The notes under the pieces: model-generated
Database searches by the model: none
Seen by the model: only the letters and a program-made list of their open reading frames with translations
What the model was told of the DNA's origin: nothing
Source of the DNA: Obrimoposthia wandeli
Taxonomy: Eukaryota
DNA: 64,000 nucleotides
NCBI GenBank assembly: GCA_977020255.1
Contig: CDROCS010004529.1
Location: 62,001-126,000, forward strand
Direction of reading: 5' to 3'
In this document: positions 1-8,488 of the stretch, in pieces
Layout: every line of letters starts with the position of its first letter
Numbering within the stretch: the first letter of the stretch is position 1
Program-made: the position numbers and the translations under genes

Positions 1-51
1 CGAGATCTCGATATTTATAAAAAGTGCTGATTATTTCTTCATGCTTCCTAT

Positions 52-723
52 CTATACCGGTAGGAAGCACTCATCCATGTCATCTATGAGTTGATACTCT
101 TTCACCACGTTAGCTATCGCCTTACCTAGCACTAAATGCTGATCTTGATCTAAATGTATTCCATCAATAACACTGGCATCAGTCACACCTGCCGCATCAA
201 AAAAATGAACATCGTGCTGGCTACAAACAACTTTTAGATGCTGGCTTAAACCAACACTTCTCATTTGAGAATCTATAAATTTTGTTACTAGCGCTCCTTT
301 AGGTTCCCCCATTTCAGGAGGGGACACTACCAAAATGTGGGGAATCGGCATATCAGGCTCAATAGGGGCGGTTTTAATTATATTCAGTAATTTCGACATG
401 CCTTGAGCAGACATCCACGCGTTATTATTATGTGTGCATTGAAAATCATTCGTGCCTAACATTATAATAACTAGTTGTAATGGCGCATGCATTTCCAGTA
501 TTTGCGCGAAACCTATGGATCCATTGCGACCTTCTTTGAAAGGATCATCCCATACTGTACGTCTACCATTTAAGCAATTTTCTATAACTTTGATAGCAAA
601 GCCATCTTCTTTAAGTTGATTTTCAAACACACCTGGCCAGCGCTGCTTAAAATCTAAACGACGCCGAGTATTTGGAATAATCCCCCAAGTTAAACTATCA
701 GAATATATTAAAACATCTTGCAT
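52..723 (-). CDS. SGNH/GDSL-family hydrolase (arylesterase-like)
   Basis: Block I variant YSDSLTWG, block II NGRR, block III GTND, block V DGIH. Second Met (723) taken as start; the ORF track starts at 729. Confidence 0.85.
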   Translation of the reverse strand: MQDVLIYSDSLTWGIIPNTRRRLDFKQRWPGVFENQLKEDGFAIKVIENCLNGRRTVWDDPFKEGRNGSIGFAQILEMHAPLQLVIIMLGTNDFQCTHNNNAWMSAQGMSKLLNIIKTAPIEPDMPIPHILVVSPPEMGEPKGALVTKFIDSQMRSVGLSQHLKVVCSQHDVHFFDAAGVTDASVIDGIHLDQDQHLVLGKAIANVVKEYQLIDDMDECFLPV

Positions 724-933
724 ACGCATCCTTAAACTATATTTAGCTATGGTGTAAGTAACTATCGATCTAATGAAAATTAGTCATTATTGATGCACTT
801 ATATTTTCGCTACCACCCTGATCTTAGGAATTAATGAAATTTCGCAGCAGTTATAGGAAAATCAAAGAGAATATGATGTAGGGCTGTTTTTTTAAATAGG
901 TTTTCAAAAGAGTAGTTAAAAAACTGTCAGTAT

Positions 934-988
934 TTTGCACTGATTAATGGCTCTTTAGAGTCTGCCTATAATCACTAATCAGCGCAAA
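934..988 (-). terminator. Stem-loop downstream of NfeD gene (likely terminator)
   Basis: TTTGCACTGATTA (934-946) / TAATCAGCGCAAA (976-988): 12 of 13 WC pairs, the other is G-U on the minus strand. Confidence 0.4.
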
Positions 989-1020
989 GCTTTCAATGGT
1001 AAAAATTACTTTATCGCAGT

Positions 1021-1485
1021 TTATTCAATGTCCTCCACAAGTTTTACTTTCATTTTCCCAACACTCACTTCGAACACTTCTACCTCTTCACCTGAAGCAA
1101 TCGGTTGATCACTTGATATTTTCCAACTAATACCAGAGTACTGATGCACAATAACTGCTTTTTCAGCCAATGCTTCTTCTAGGCGAAAACGATAGCCAAT
1201 TATGTCACTTTTTATTTGCTTCTTTTCAACACTGTTTTGCATTTTTTTTAATGGCAGCCATAATACAATCGCAGAGACACTACTAATAAGAGAAACACTA
1301 ACTAATGCTCCAATAGCAGTTTGCTCTATTGCTCCCGCAAAGAATATCAATCCAGTACTGACTAAACCTATTCCTAAAAAAAACAAGAAAAATGTTGAGA
1401 AGCCTAACACTAAAACTTCTATTGCTAATACCATCAAACCAGCAATAAGAAGTGACTCGGCCATATTTTGCGTCAATATTGCCAT
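1021..1485 (-). CDS. NfeD-family membrane protein (YbbJ-like)
   Basis: Hydrophobic N-terminal helices, C-terminal OB-like segment (YSGISWKI...GEEVEV). Start overlaps the qmcA stop (TAATG). Confidence 0.8.
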   Translation of the reverse strand: MAILTQNMAESLLIAGLMVLAIEVLVLGFSTFFLFFLGIGLVSTGLIFFAGAIEQTAIGALVSVSLISSVSAIVLWLPLKKMQNSVEKKQIKSDIIGYRFRLEEALAEKAVIVHQYSGISWKISSDQPIASGEEVEVFEVSVGKMKVKLVEDIE

Positions 1486-2435
1486 TAAGCCCCCTTGTTC
1501 AAAGTATTAATTATTGTCATCGCTTGTGCGACAACACTCGATGCATCTGTTGCCCCATCAGGCAGTAACACAACGGTTGAATCTTTTGCAATTGCCTCTT
1601 TAGCAGCGATCGCTTTAGTCGCGAGATCTAGTTGAACCGCTTTTTGCCCTTCATCTGTTTTAGCCGCATTACCGATTGTTATCAGTGCTTCTGCTTTTGC
1701 AGCAGCAACTGCTACAATGGCCTTCGCTTCACCTTCTGCTTTTAATACTTGCTCGGCTTTATCAGCTTCAGCTGCAAGAACTTGTGCTTGCTTTTGGCCT
1801 TCAGCAACATTGATTGCAGATTGCCTATCACCTTCAGATTCGAGTATTTGTGCGCGTTTTACTCGCTCAGCTTTCATCTGTGCCTCCATCGCTTCCATGA
1901 TGGTTGCAGGCGGGACGATATCTTTTATTTCATAACGCAAAACCTGCACACCCCAAGGCTCTGAAGCAGAGTTTATTGACTCAACAATATTTGCGTTTAA
2001 TTTATCACGCTCTTCAAAGGTTTTATCTAATTCAATTTTACCTAACTCAGAACGCATCGTGGTTTGTGCTAGCTGTACCACTGCAAAAATATAATCTTCT
2101 ACGCCATAAGTCGCTTTATAAGGATTTAGTACTCTAAAATATAAAACACCATCAACGGTTAAGGTAATATTATCGCGTGTGATTGCACCTTGACTCGGTA
2201 CATCAACGGCCTGCTCTTTTAAAGAGCGATCAGCCGCTACTTTATCAATGAATGGCATTAGAAAATTAAGGCCGGCATCGCGACTAGAATGGAATTTACC
2301 AAACCTCTCTATTACAAAAGCACGATTTTGTGGAACAAACATAATAGCCGATTTTAAAAGCACTAAAACTAATACTAAAACCACAAACTGCCATGTAAAA
2401 ACTAACTCAATTAATACGCTTATTAAACTGTCCAT
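1485..2435 (-). CDS. qmcA: SPFH/band 7 domain protein (QmcA/paraslipin-like)
   Basis: VPQNRAFVIERFGKF, QLAQTTMRSELGK, WGVQVLRYEIKDI, AERVKRAQILESEG are typical of QmcA. Confidence 0.9.
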   Translation of the reverse strand: MDSLISVLIELVFTWQFVVLVLVLVLLKSAIMFVPQNRAFVIERFGKFHSSRDAGLNFLMPFIDKVAADRSLKEQAVDVPSQGAITRDNITLTVDGVLYFRVLNPYKATYGVEDYIFAVVQLAQTTMRSELGKIELDKTFEERDKLNANIVESINSASEPWGVQVLRYEIKDIVPPATIMEAMEAQMKAERVKRAQILESEGDRQSAINVAEGQKQAQVLAAEADKAEQVLKAEGEAKAIVAVAAAKAEALITIGNAAKTDEGQKAVQLDLATKAIAAKEAIAKDSTVVLLPDGATDASSVVAQAMTIINTLNKGA

Positions 2436-2752
2436 TTTATTCCTTTAGTAAATATCTTATAGTAATTAAGCGTTCAAATTTAATTCGAACACTCTTATTA
2501 AATTTTCTAGATTTAAACATATCAATAACTTACCCATTATATGTAAATAACGAGTTACAAAGGTAAACTTTTCATCTATTTAATACAGCTAATGTTACGC
2601 TTTAAATTGAGCTAATCAACTGTTCAATTGATTCACCTTTATTCCCCAAATTTTTCAACAAATAGGCTGGCTACAATACTGCCAAGTGCTTCAGCCTTGG
2701 TTCACTTTCATTTTATTATTAAGCGGATAATGGCTATTGTGTCAGATTAGTT

Positions 2753-3199
2753 TTAATTATCTTTAATATTTTCCATCACCACAAAAGTACTACTTTGTAG
2801 AACGAATGGTAAGTTTGATAATGTTTCACCTAAGAATTTTCGATAGCTGTCCATATTACTAGTACGTACTTTAAGTAAATAATCAAAGTTCGCAGCAATC
2901 ATGTGACACTGCTCTACTTCAGGAATGTTTCTCACTGCGCTATTAAACGCCTCTAGTGCTTTAGTTTTTGTATCACTGAGTGTCACTTGCACAAAAGCCA
3001 CGTGGGATTCACCTAGCTTTGCTCTATCAACTAGGATATTAAAACCTAAGATGTATCCTTGTTGCTCCAATCTATCCATGCGGATTTTACAAGGCGTTTT
3101 TGACAACCCCACAATACTTGCCAACTTAGTGACACTGATACGAGAGTTTTTTTGGAGCTCTCGAATAATAGCCCTATCAAACTTATCTAAATCGTTCAT
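2753..3199 (-). CDS. Lrp/AsnC-family transcriptional regulator (PutR-like)
   Basis: HTH LDKFDRAIIRELQKNSRISVTKLA...GLSKTPC; RAM domain EVEQCHMIAANFDYLLKVRT. Confidence 0.9.
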   Translation of the reverse strand: MNDLDKFDRAIIRELQKNSRISVTKLASIVGLSKTPCKIRMDRLEQQGYILGFNILVDRAKLGESHVAFVQVTLSDTKTKALEAFNSAVRNIPEVEQCHMIAANFDYLLKVRTSNMDSYRKFLGETLSNLPFVLQSSTFVVMENIKDN

Positions 3200-3314
3200 T
3201 TTCTAGAATATCTCTTAATTCACACTAAGTAGTGAGTCTAGTTGCTACTTATTAATCTGCTTGCAGTAATTCGCTAGACGCAATAAAACTGTAAATGTGG
3301 AAAGTGTTAGTACT

Positions 3315-3479
3315 TGCTGTCATTGCTGTCCGGTTAAAAATGTAAGCTCTCTAACTCATTGATTTGTGGTTTTCTAGCATAGCTAATTGGATTTTCTAGC
3401 CAAATAACACTTGTGGTTAACATAAAATAAATGAGTTAAAGAACAACAAAAATTAAACCGGACACGAATGAGTTGTTGT
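3315..3479. mobile_element. MITE/ERIC-like element, family A copy 1
   Basis: Core 3327-3464 bounded by TGTCCGGTT...AACCGGACA; about 89% identical by eye to the reverse complement of 32947-33113. Confidence 0.75.
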
Positions 3480-3492
3480 TTTAAGTTCAAAG

Positions 3493-3576
3493 TGATCTCG
3501 AATACTAACAAGTAATATTCGAAATCATTTGTGCGACCTATTGCGTAACGCTTTATTGCACACTTAAAAGCGTTAC
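3493..3576 (-). other. Two stem-loops just 3' of the DUF1127-like gene
   Basis: GTAACGCTTT/AAAGCGTTAC (3545-3576, perfect 10 bp) and TGATCTCGAATA/TATTCGAAATCA (3493-3527). Confidence 0.5.
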
Positions 3577-3582
3577 TCCACG

Positions 3583-3831
3583 CTAACTACTACTATCTTT
3601 CAGATAATGGGGGATGAACACGACTGTATCGTTTACATCTTGCTCTTTTTCAAGATGCTTTATCTCTACTGGCATAGCATTAATATTAAAAATTTTGCCA
3701 GCCTCACGATACATTCCAATATCATGTAGCAAGCTGTCATTTAAATGTTCAACCGATTCATATGGGTTTGGGGTAAAAAGTAGTTTGTTAAGGGTTTTAA
3801 GGCCGCTATAAGCTAAAGCTAGGATAGTCAT
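3583..3831 (-). CDS. Small DUF1127 (YjiS-like) protein
   Basis: 82 aa, GGAG Shine-Dalgarno, motif EHLNDSLLHDIGMYR resembles the DUF1127 L-x-D-x-x-L-x-D-I-G signature. Confidence 0.55.
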   Translation of the reverse strand: MTILALAYSGLKTLNKLLFTPNPYESVEHLNDSLLHDIGMYREAGKIFNINAMPVEIKHLEKEQDVNDTVVFIPHYLKDSSS

Positions 3832-3833
3832 TA

Positions 3834-3920
3834 TTTTCTCCGTTAATTAATAACCCGAGAAAACAGAGAGGAATATAAAGGTAACTTTAAATACCGCACT
3901 GTTTTCGCGGTATTTAAGTT
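3834..3920 (-). promoter_or_regulatory. Structured 5' leader of the DUF1127-like gene (SD-occluding hairpin plus upstream 11-bp hairpin)
   Basis: Minus strand UUUUCUC-GG-GUUA-UUAAU-UAAC-G-GAGAAAA covers the SD (3834-3863); TTAAATACCGC/GCGGTATTTAA at 3887-3917. Confidence 0.45.
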
Positions 3921-4139
3921 CAATCTATTAGGTAATCACTTCACCCAAAGCCAACTCAATACACGCTCCATTGCATAGTTCTGCACCCTTACAGGGGAGA
4001 CTAGCACTTGGTGATTGCGTCGATTGGATAGCATAAATTTCACTTATTTGGGGTAGTTTAATTGATTATTTTGTATCTCATTTGTTGAGATGGATCAATA
4101 CTAACCTAATTAAGAGTAGAATCACAACTACTTTTTAAG

Positions 4140-4183
4140 TTTAAAATAAATTTAAAAATCTACTCCTTTAAATTTATTTTAAA
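4140..4183. terminator. AT-rich 17-bp inverted repeat downstream of ushA
   Basis: TTTAAAATAAATTTAAA (4140-4156), 10-nt loop, TTTAAATTTATTTTAAA (4167-4183). Confidence 0.45.
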
Positions 4184-4222
4184 AGAGTAGTTATTGAAAA
4201 TAATTATATTAAAAACAGTATT

Positions 4223-5869
4223 TTAATTTCGTACAACATTCCCTTTGTCATGTGCTGCTGCACTAATTGGAGAGTTGCTTTCCAAGTAGCCTTTTAGAAC
4301 ATCTGCATCTACGAAACCGCTGTTTACATAACCTGCATGTTTATTCATCACAGGATACTTGTCTCCACCTGAAGCAATATAGCTATTTATCGCCATACGG
4401 TAGCTTTTGGCTTTGTCGATTTCTTTGCCTTTAATAATCGCGCTTTTAAGCACACCGCCTGTAATCGTTAAATCTACTCCTGCGAAGTGTGCGAACGCTC
4501 CACTGTCGATAGGTTTCGCCGCAACAGCTGTAAGATAATCCCATAGCTCAGCACCGTTAAGCTCCACTGAGCTCACTACGTTTGCAAAAGGCTGTACCTT
4601 CAATACATCTTTATAAGTGATATCCCCTTGAGCGATACTGTCGCGAATGCCTCCAGAATTCATCACTGCTAAATCAGCAGAAACTTTTTCCATTTGCGAC
4701 ACCGCTATAAGATGGCCCATATTAGTCGGACGGAATCTAACTTCATCTCGATCGCCTTCTAACTTGCCATCAACAGTGCCAATCTTTTGCTGTAGCTGTT
4801 CTTGGCCTTGCTCTTGGTAAGGCGTTAAAAATGCTTTCAATTTGGCATCTTCTGCAATAGCATCAGCCACTAATACTCTGACTTTTTTACCTTCTGCATT
4901 TTTAACTTTTTGCTTTAAATTAACTGGTATCAGCTGATAGCTCACTAAATTTAATTCACCGTTTTTAAATTCTAAATCAGCACGGCCCACGTATTTTCCC
5001 CACTCGTGAGCTTGCATAATTAAAGTGCCATTTTGCGTGTCAGGCATACAGGCCATACCCGCTTTATACTTGGTAATTAAAGCGCCTTGCGCGTCAGCAC
5101 ACACAGGGTCTTGTGAGTGACCACCAATAATCATGTCAATACCAGTAACTGAGCGTGCGAGCGTTACATCACCAGGTGCATTAATGCCAAAATTAGCATT
5201 TTGATAGTGTCCCATGTGCGTAGTTGCAATCACAACATCCGCTTTTTGTTGTAATTCAGGAACCAATTTTTTTGCTTCTTCAACAGGCTTGGTGAAGCTA
5301 ATGTTACCCATGAATTCCGGGTTACCTAGTTTTTTGGTGTCATCGGTGGTGAATCCCATTACCGCTATGCGCAAGTCCCCTTTATTAAAAATTTTGTAGG
5401 GCTTGAACAAACGTTCTTTTGTCGTCTCATCGTAAATATTTGCCGCCAGGAAAGGGAAATCAACCCAGCTTTGTTGCTTTCGAATAACCGCTAACTCATT
5501 ATCAAATTCGTGGTTACCAATTGCCATCGCATCATAGCCGATAAAGCCCATGCCTTTAAAATCAGGCTCTGCATCTTGTAAATCAGATTCGGGCACACCT
5601 GTATTTATATCACCACCAGATAAAAGTAACAGCTGTCCGCCAGCATTGGCGACTTCTGAGCGAATGCTATCCACTAAAGTTTTACGCGCCGCCATACCAT
5701 ATTCGCCGTGACGATTTGACCAAAAACGACCGTGATTATCATTGGTGTGTAAGATCGTTAATTTATAACTTTTATCTTTTTCCCACTGCGCTCCTTGTTC
5801 ACCTGCACTGGCCGACACTGAAGCTAAACTGGTGATAGTAGCCAATGCTAGTAATGTTGTTGTTTTCAT
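4223..5869 (-). CDS. ushA: Bifunctional UDP-sugar hydrolase / 5'-nucleotidase, secreted
   Basis: Signal peptide; ILHTNDNHG, SGGDINTGVPESD, GNHEFD, THMGH, IIGGHSQ metallophosphatase motifs; C-terminal NSGGIR. Confidence 0.93.
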   Translation of the reverse strand: MKTTTLLALATITSLASVSASAGEQGAQWEKDKSYKLTILHTNDNHGRFWSNRHGEYGMAARKTLVDSIRSEVANAGGQLLLLSGGDINTGVPESDLQDAEPDFKGMGFIGYDAMAIGNHEFDNELAVIRKQQSWVDFPFLAANIYDETTKERLFKPYKIFNKGDLRIAVMGFTTDDTKKLGNPEFMGNISFTKPVEEAKKLVPELQQKADVVIATTHMGHYQNANFGINAPGDVTLARSVTGIDMIIGGHSQDPVCADAQGALITKYKAGMACMPDTQNGTLIMQAHEWGKYVGRADLEFKNGELNLVSYQLIPVNLKQKVKNAEGKKVRVLVADAIAEDAKLKAFLTPYQEQGQEQLQQKIGTVDGKLEGDRDEVRFRPTNMGHLIAVSQMEKVSADLAVMNSGGIRDSIAQGDITYKDVLKVQPFANVVSSVELNGAELWDYLTAVAAKPIDSGAFAHFAGVDLTITGGVLKSAIIKGKEIDKAKSYRMAINSYIASGGDKYPVMNKHAGYVNSGFVDADVLKGYLESNSPISAAAHDKGNVVRN

Positions 5870-6198
5870 TGTTATCTCCCGGTGGTTATCTGAGTTACTA
5901 CCTTACAAACTAAGGTGATGATATTACAGTTACTGCTTGCTAGAAATCCTAACATTTATATAGCGTTAAAAATATATATATAGCAACGCGGAATGGGTAG
6001 CGAATTTTTTGGAATATTAAATTACTCACAAACGATCACTTCGCGTATTTAAAATCATAACTTTTTAGCCACTGATTTCGAAAGATAAACCATACTTGAA
6101 AATCTTTAAACACTGTTACACTTGGTATAGCAGAGAGTACTTTCCTAAAACATTTGATGATAACACTACTAATATTTTTTGTTCAAAGGAGTACTAAT

Positions 6199-7166
6199 TT
6201 GGCAGTAAGTATTATAGGCGCAGGCATCGCGGGCCTTGCCTGTGCCATAAGTCTGACGAAGATAGGTATAAAAGTACAAATATTTGAAAGAGCATGATAA
6301 CTTGGGTGCCGGAGTTGTTTTACGGCCAAATGCAATTTACGTGCTAGCAGTCTGTCGGGCTTGGCCGATCGTAGCGAGAAAAAGTAGATTTGAGAGAGAT
6401 TTCTTGGTCTTTTGAGGCGAATAGCGAGCTATTTAACGAAAAAGAGCGGGAAATATGGCCAAATTCTGATTTTTCGCAGTAGATTAGTGTTAAGTCCGAC
6501 AGGCTGCTAGAGCAACCAGGTGCACTAGAGTGCGGTAATTGCAGCTTCTTTTCCTCTCTTGCACTTGCTTCAATACGATGACGATGACCAAAACCAAAAG
6601 CTATTATCAATAGAACAACTTAATGAACACAGTGGTCATCAAAGTCGCAGTATCTTGAGAAGCAACCTGCTGTGCATTTTGTTAAATACAGTACAGGCGC
6701 TTAACATTAAAATACATTATCAGCATCAGCTAATGCACATTGTCGAAGCTAGCCGTAGTATTTCAAAAAAGCCAGCCACTTTTTTTTCGCACACGACAAA
6801 CAAATTCAAACAAGCATTGTGATTGGCGCAGATAGACGTATGAACTCAGCTGTCAGACAACATAGTTTAGGTGATAGCACACCTATTTATCAAAATTTCA
6901 TTAATATCATTGGCATAGCTGGTTATAGTGATCTTAAAAATTCTAGCCATTCTCAAAACACTAACAGCGTTCTTGAATATAGGGGTCTAGGTGAGCGTTT
7001 TGGTATTGTGCCCATCAGTAAAGCAACAGCCTATTTGGCAGCCGGCTGGCCATGCAAAGAAGTACCGGAAAATAACAAAAACAGCTCTGAGCTGCAATTG
7101 TTAGAGGTGCTTAATGATAAGCTCCGCAACTGGCCTAACCCCGTTATCAAAACACTAAGGAAGTAG
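6199..7166 (+). pseudogene. FAD-dependent monooxygenase pseudogene (stop, frameshifts, MITE insertion, C-terminal loss)
   Basis: AAGGAG plus TTG start at 6199 gives IIGAGIAGLACAISL...IFERA then TGA (6295-6297). Later fragments in shifting frames: LGAGVVLRPNA, SILRSNL, IGADRRMNSAVR, GERFGIVPI. Stop at 7164-7166, with no GDAAH motif after it. Confidence 0.85.
6344..6510. mobile_element. MITE family B, 159 bp, with CTAG target-site duplication
   Basis: CTAG (6344-6347), CAGTCTGTCGGGCTT ... AAGTCCGACAGGCTG (13/15 terminal inverted repeat), CTAG (6507-6510). Removing it restores the reading ...IYVLEQPGALE... Confidence 0.85.
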
Positions 7167-7209
7167 CGAATAAGCCCCCAGATGTTCCCTGTGGATTTGT
7201 TCGCTACTT
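7161..7209. terminator. Hairpin at the glcF / pseudogene junction
   Basis: AAGTAGCGAATA / TGTTCGCTACTT stem, 50 nt downstream of the glcF stop. Confidence 0.45.
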
Positions 7210-7258
7210 AGTCATTTTGTTAACTCAGCAATTAAGCCTACAGCGGGAATCAAGAAGC

Positions 7259-8479
7259 TCACTTTTGTAGCATTTCATCCACCAATTCGATCCAGTGGTT
7301 AACAGGAACTTGCGCTGCGGTTTCTAAATGTAACTGACAGCCAATGTTGGCAGTATAAATTTTTACTGGGTTATCAACAGTGAGAGCTGTTAGCTTGTTT
7401 TTCAGTAACTTTTTACTCAGCTTTGGCTGTAATATTGAGTAAGTACCAGCTGATCCACAACATAAATGCTTATCTTTCGTTGCCGCTAAATCAACACCTA
7501 ATGAATTAAGTATCTTATCAACAACACCACTTTGTCCCATTGCATGCTGAAGCGTACAGGGGCAATGAAAAGCAACTTTTTCGGTATTTTCCGAAACGTT
7601 AAGCGAACTTAAATCTTCATTGAGTAATATTTGTGAGATATCTTTAGTTAACTCACTTATGCGTTGTGCTTTGGCTGCATATTTGCTGTCTTCACGCAGT
7701 AAATGTCCGTATTCTTGTACCATTGCACCGCAACCTGATGCTGTCATCACAATAGCCTCTGCTCCCGCTTCTACCGCCGGCCACCATGCATCAATATTGC
7801 GTCGCATCGCTGCTAAGCTTTGCTCATGTTCGCTCAAATGATGATTTACAGCACCACAACAGCCAGCTTTTGGCGCTTCAACTAAACTTATCGCTAGTTT
7901 ATCGAACACTCGCGCTGCCGCTGCATTGGTATTAGGTGCGGTTGCCGGTTGCGCGCAACCTGCTAACGTTAGCATTACCCGCGTATGACTATTTGCGGGC
8001 CAGGGAGTGGCCTTGCGTTTAGCTGGTATTTTCTGTGCCATTACTTGCGGTAATAACGGCTTAAAGGTACGCCCTAGAAGTAATAAACTAGCGAACAATT
8101 TAGGTTTAGGCAACACACGTGCTAATGACCAGCGCAACAACTTATCACCACGTTTTCTCGGCAGTGCTGTTTCTGTCATATCGCGTGCGATGTCAATTAA
8201 GCGACCATATTTAACACCAGAAGGACAAGTCGTTTCACAGCTACGACAAGTTAAACAACGATCTAAATGTGTGCGCGATTTCTCAGTTAATGTGCCAGTT
8301 TCTAGAAACTGCTTAATAAGATAAATACGCCCTCGCGGCCCATCTCTCTCATCATTCAATTCTTGATACGTAGGGCAAGTCGCTGTACAAAAACCACAGT
8401 GTACGCAGTTACCAATAATCTCTTTCGCTTCATCTAACTGGGATGTTTTAGCGAATATTTGATGAATATTTGTGTGCAT
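7259..8479 (-). CDS. glcF: Glycolate oxidase iron-sulfur subunit
   Basis: Two 4Fe-4S motifs (CVHCGFCTATCP, CLTCRSCETTCP) and two CCG domains (CCGAVNHH, CCGSAGTYS). Confidence 0.93.
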   Translation of the reverse strand: MHTNIHQIFAKTSQLDEAKEIIGNCVHCGFCTATCPTYQELNDERDGPRGRIYLIKQFLETGTLTEKSRTHLDRCLTCRSCETTCPSGVKYGRLIDIARDMTETALPRKRGDKLLRWSLARVLPKPKLFASLLLLGRTFKPLLPQVMAQKIPAKRKATPWPANSHTRVMLTLAGCAQPATAPNTNAAAARVFDKLAISLVEAPKAGCCGAVNHHLSEHEQSLAAMRRNIDAWWPAVEAGAEAIVMTASGCGAMVQEYGHLLREDSKYAAKAQRISELTKDISQILLNEDLSSLNVSENTEKVAFHCPCTLQHAMGQSGVVDKILNSLGVDLAATKDKHLCCGSAGTYSILQPKLSKKLLKNKLTALTVDNPVKIYTANIGCQLHLETAAQVPVNHWIELVDEMLQK

Positions 8480-8488
8480 GATTCGCGC

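Noticed and set aside
3936-3971. Possible Trp-containing leader peptide MERVLSWLWVK before the 3887-3917 hairpin
   Set aside because: Weak SD spacing, no antiterminator arm found, no good U-tract, and the downstream gene is unrelated to Trp metabolism.
6344-6610. 88-aa minus-strand ORF
   Set aside because: It is an accidental frame across MITE B and the pseudogene; no transposase motif.
6559-7166. ORFs 6559-6822 and 6819-7166 as separate genes
   Set aside because: They are frameshifted pieces of one monooxygenase pseudogene.
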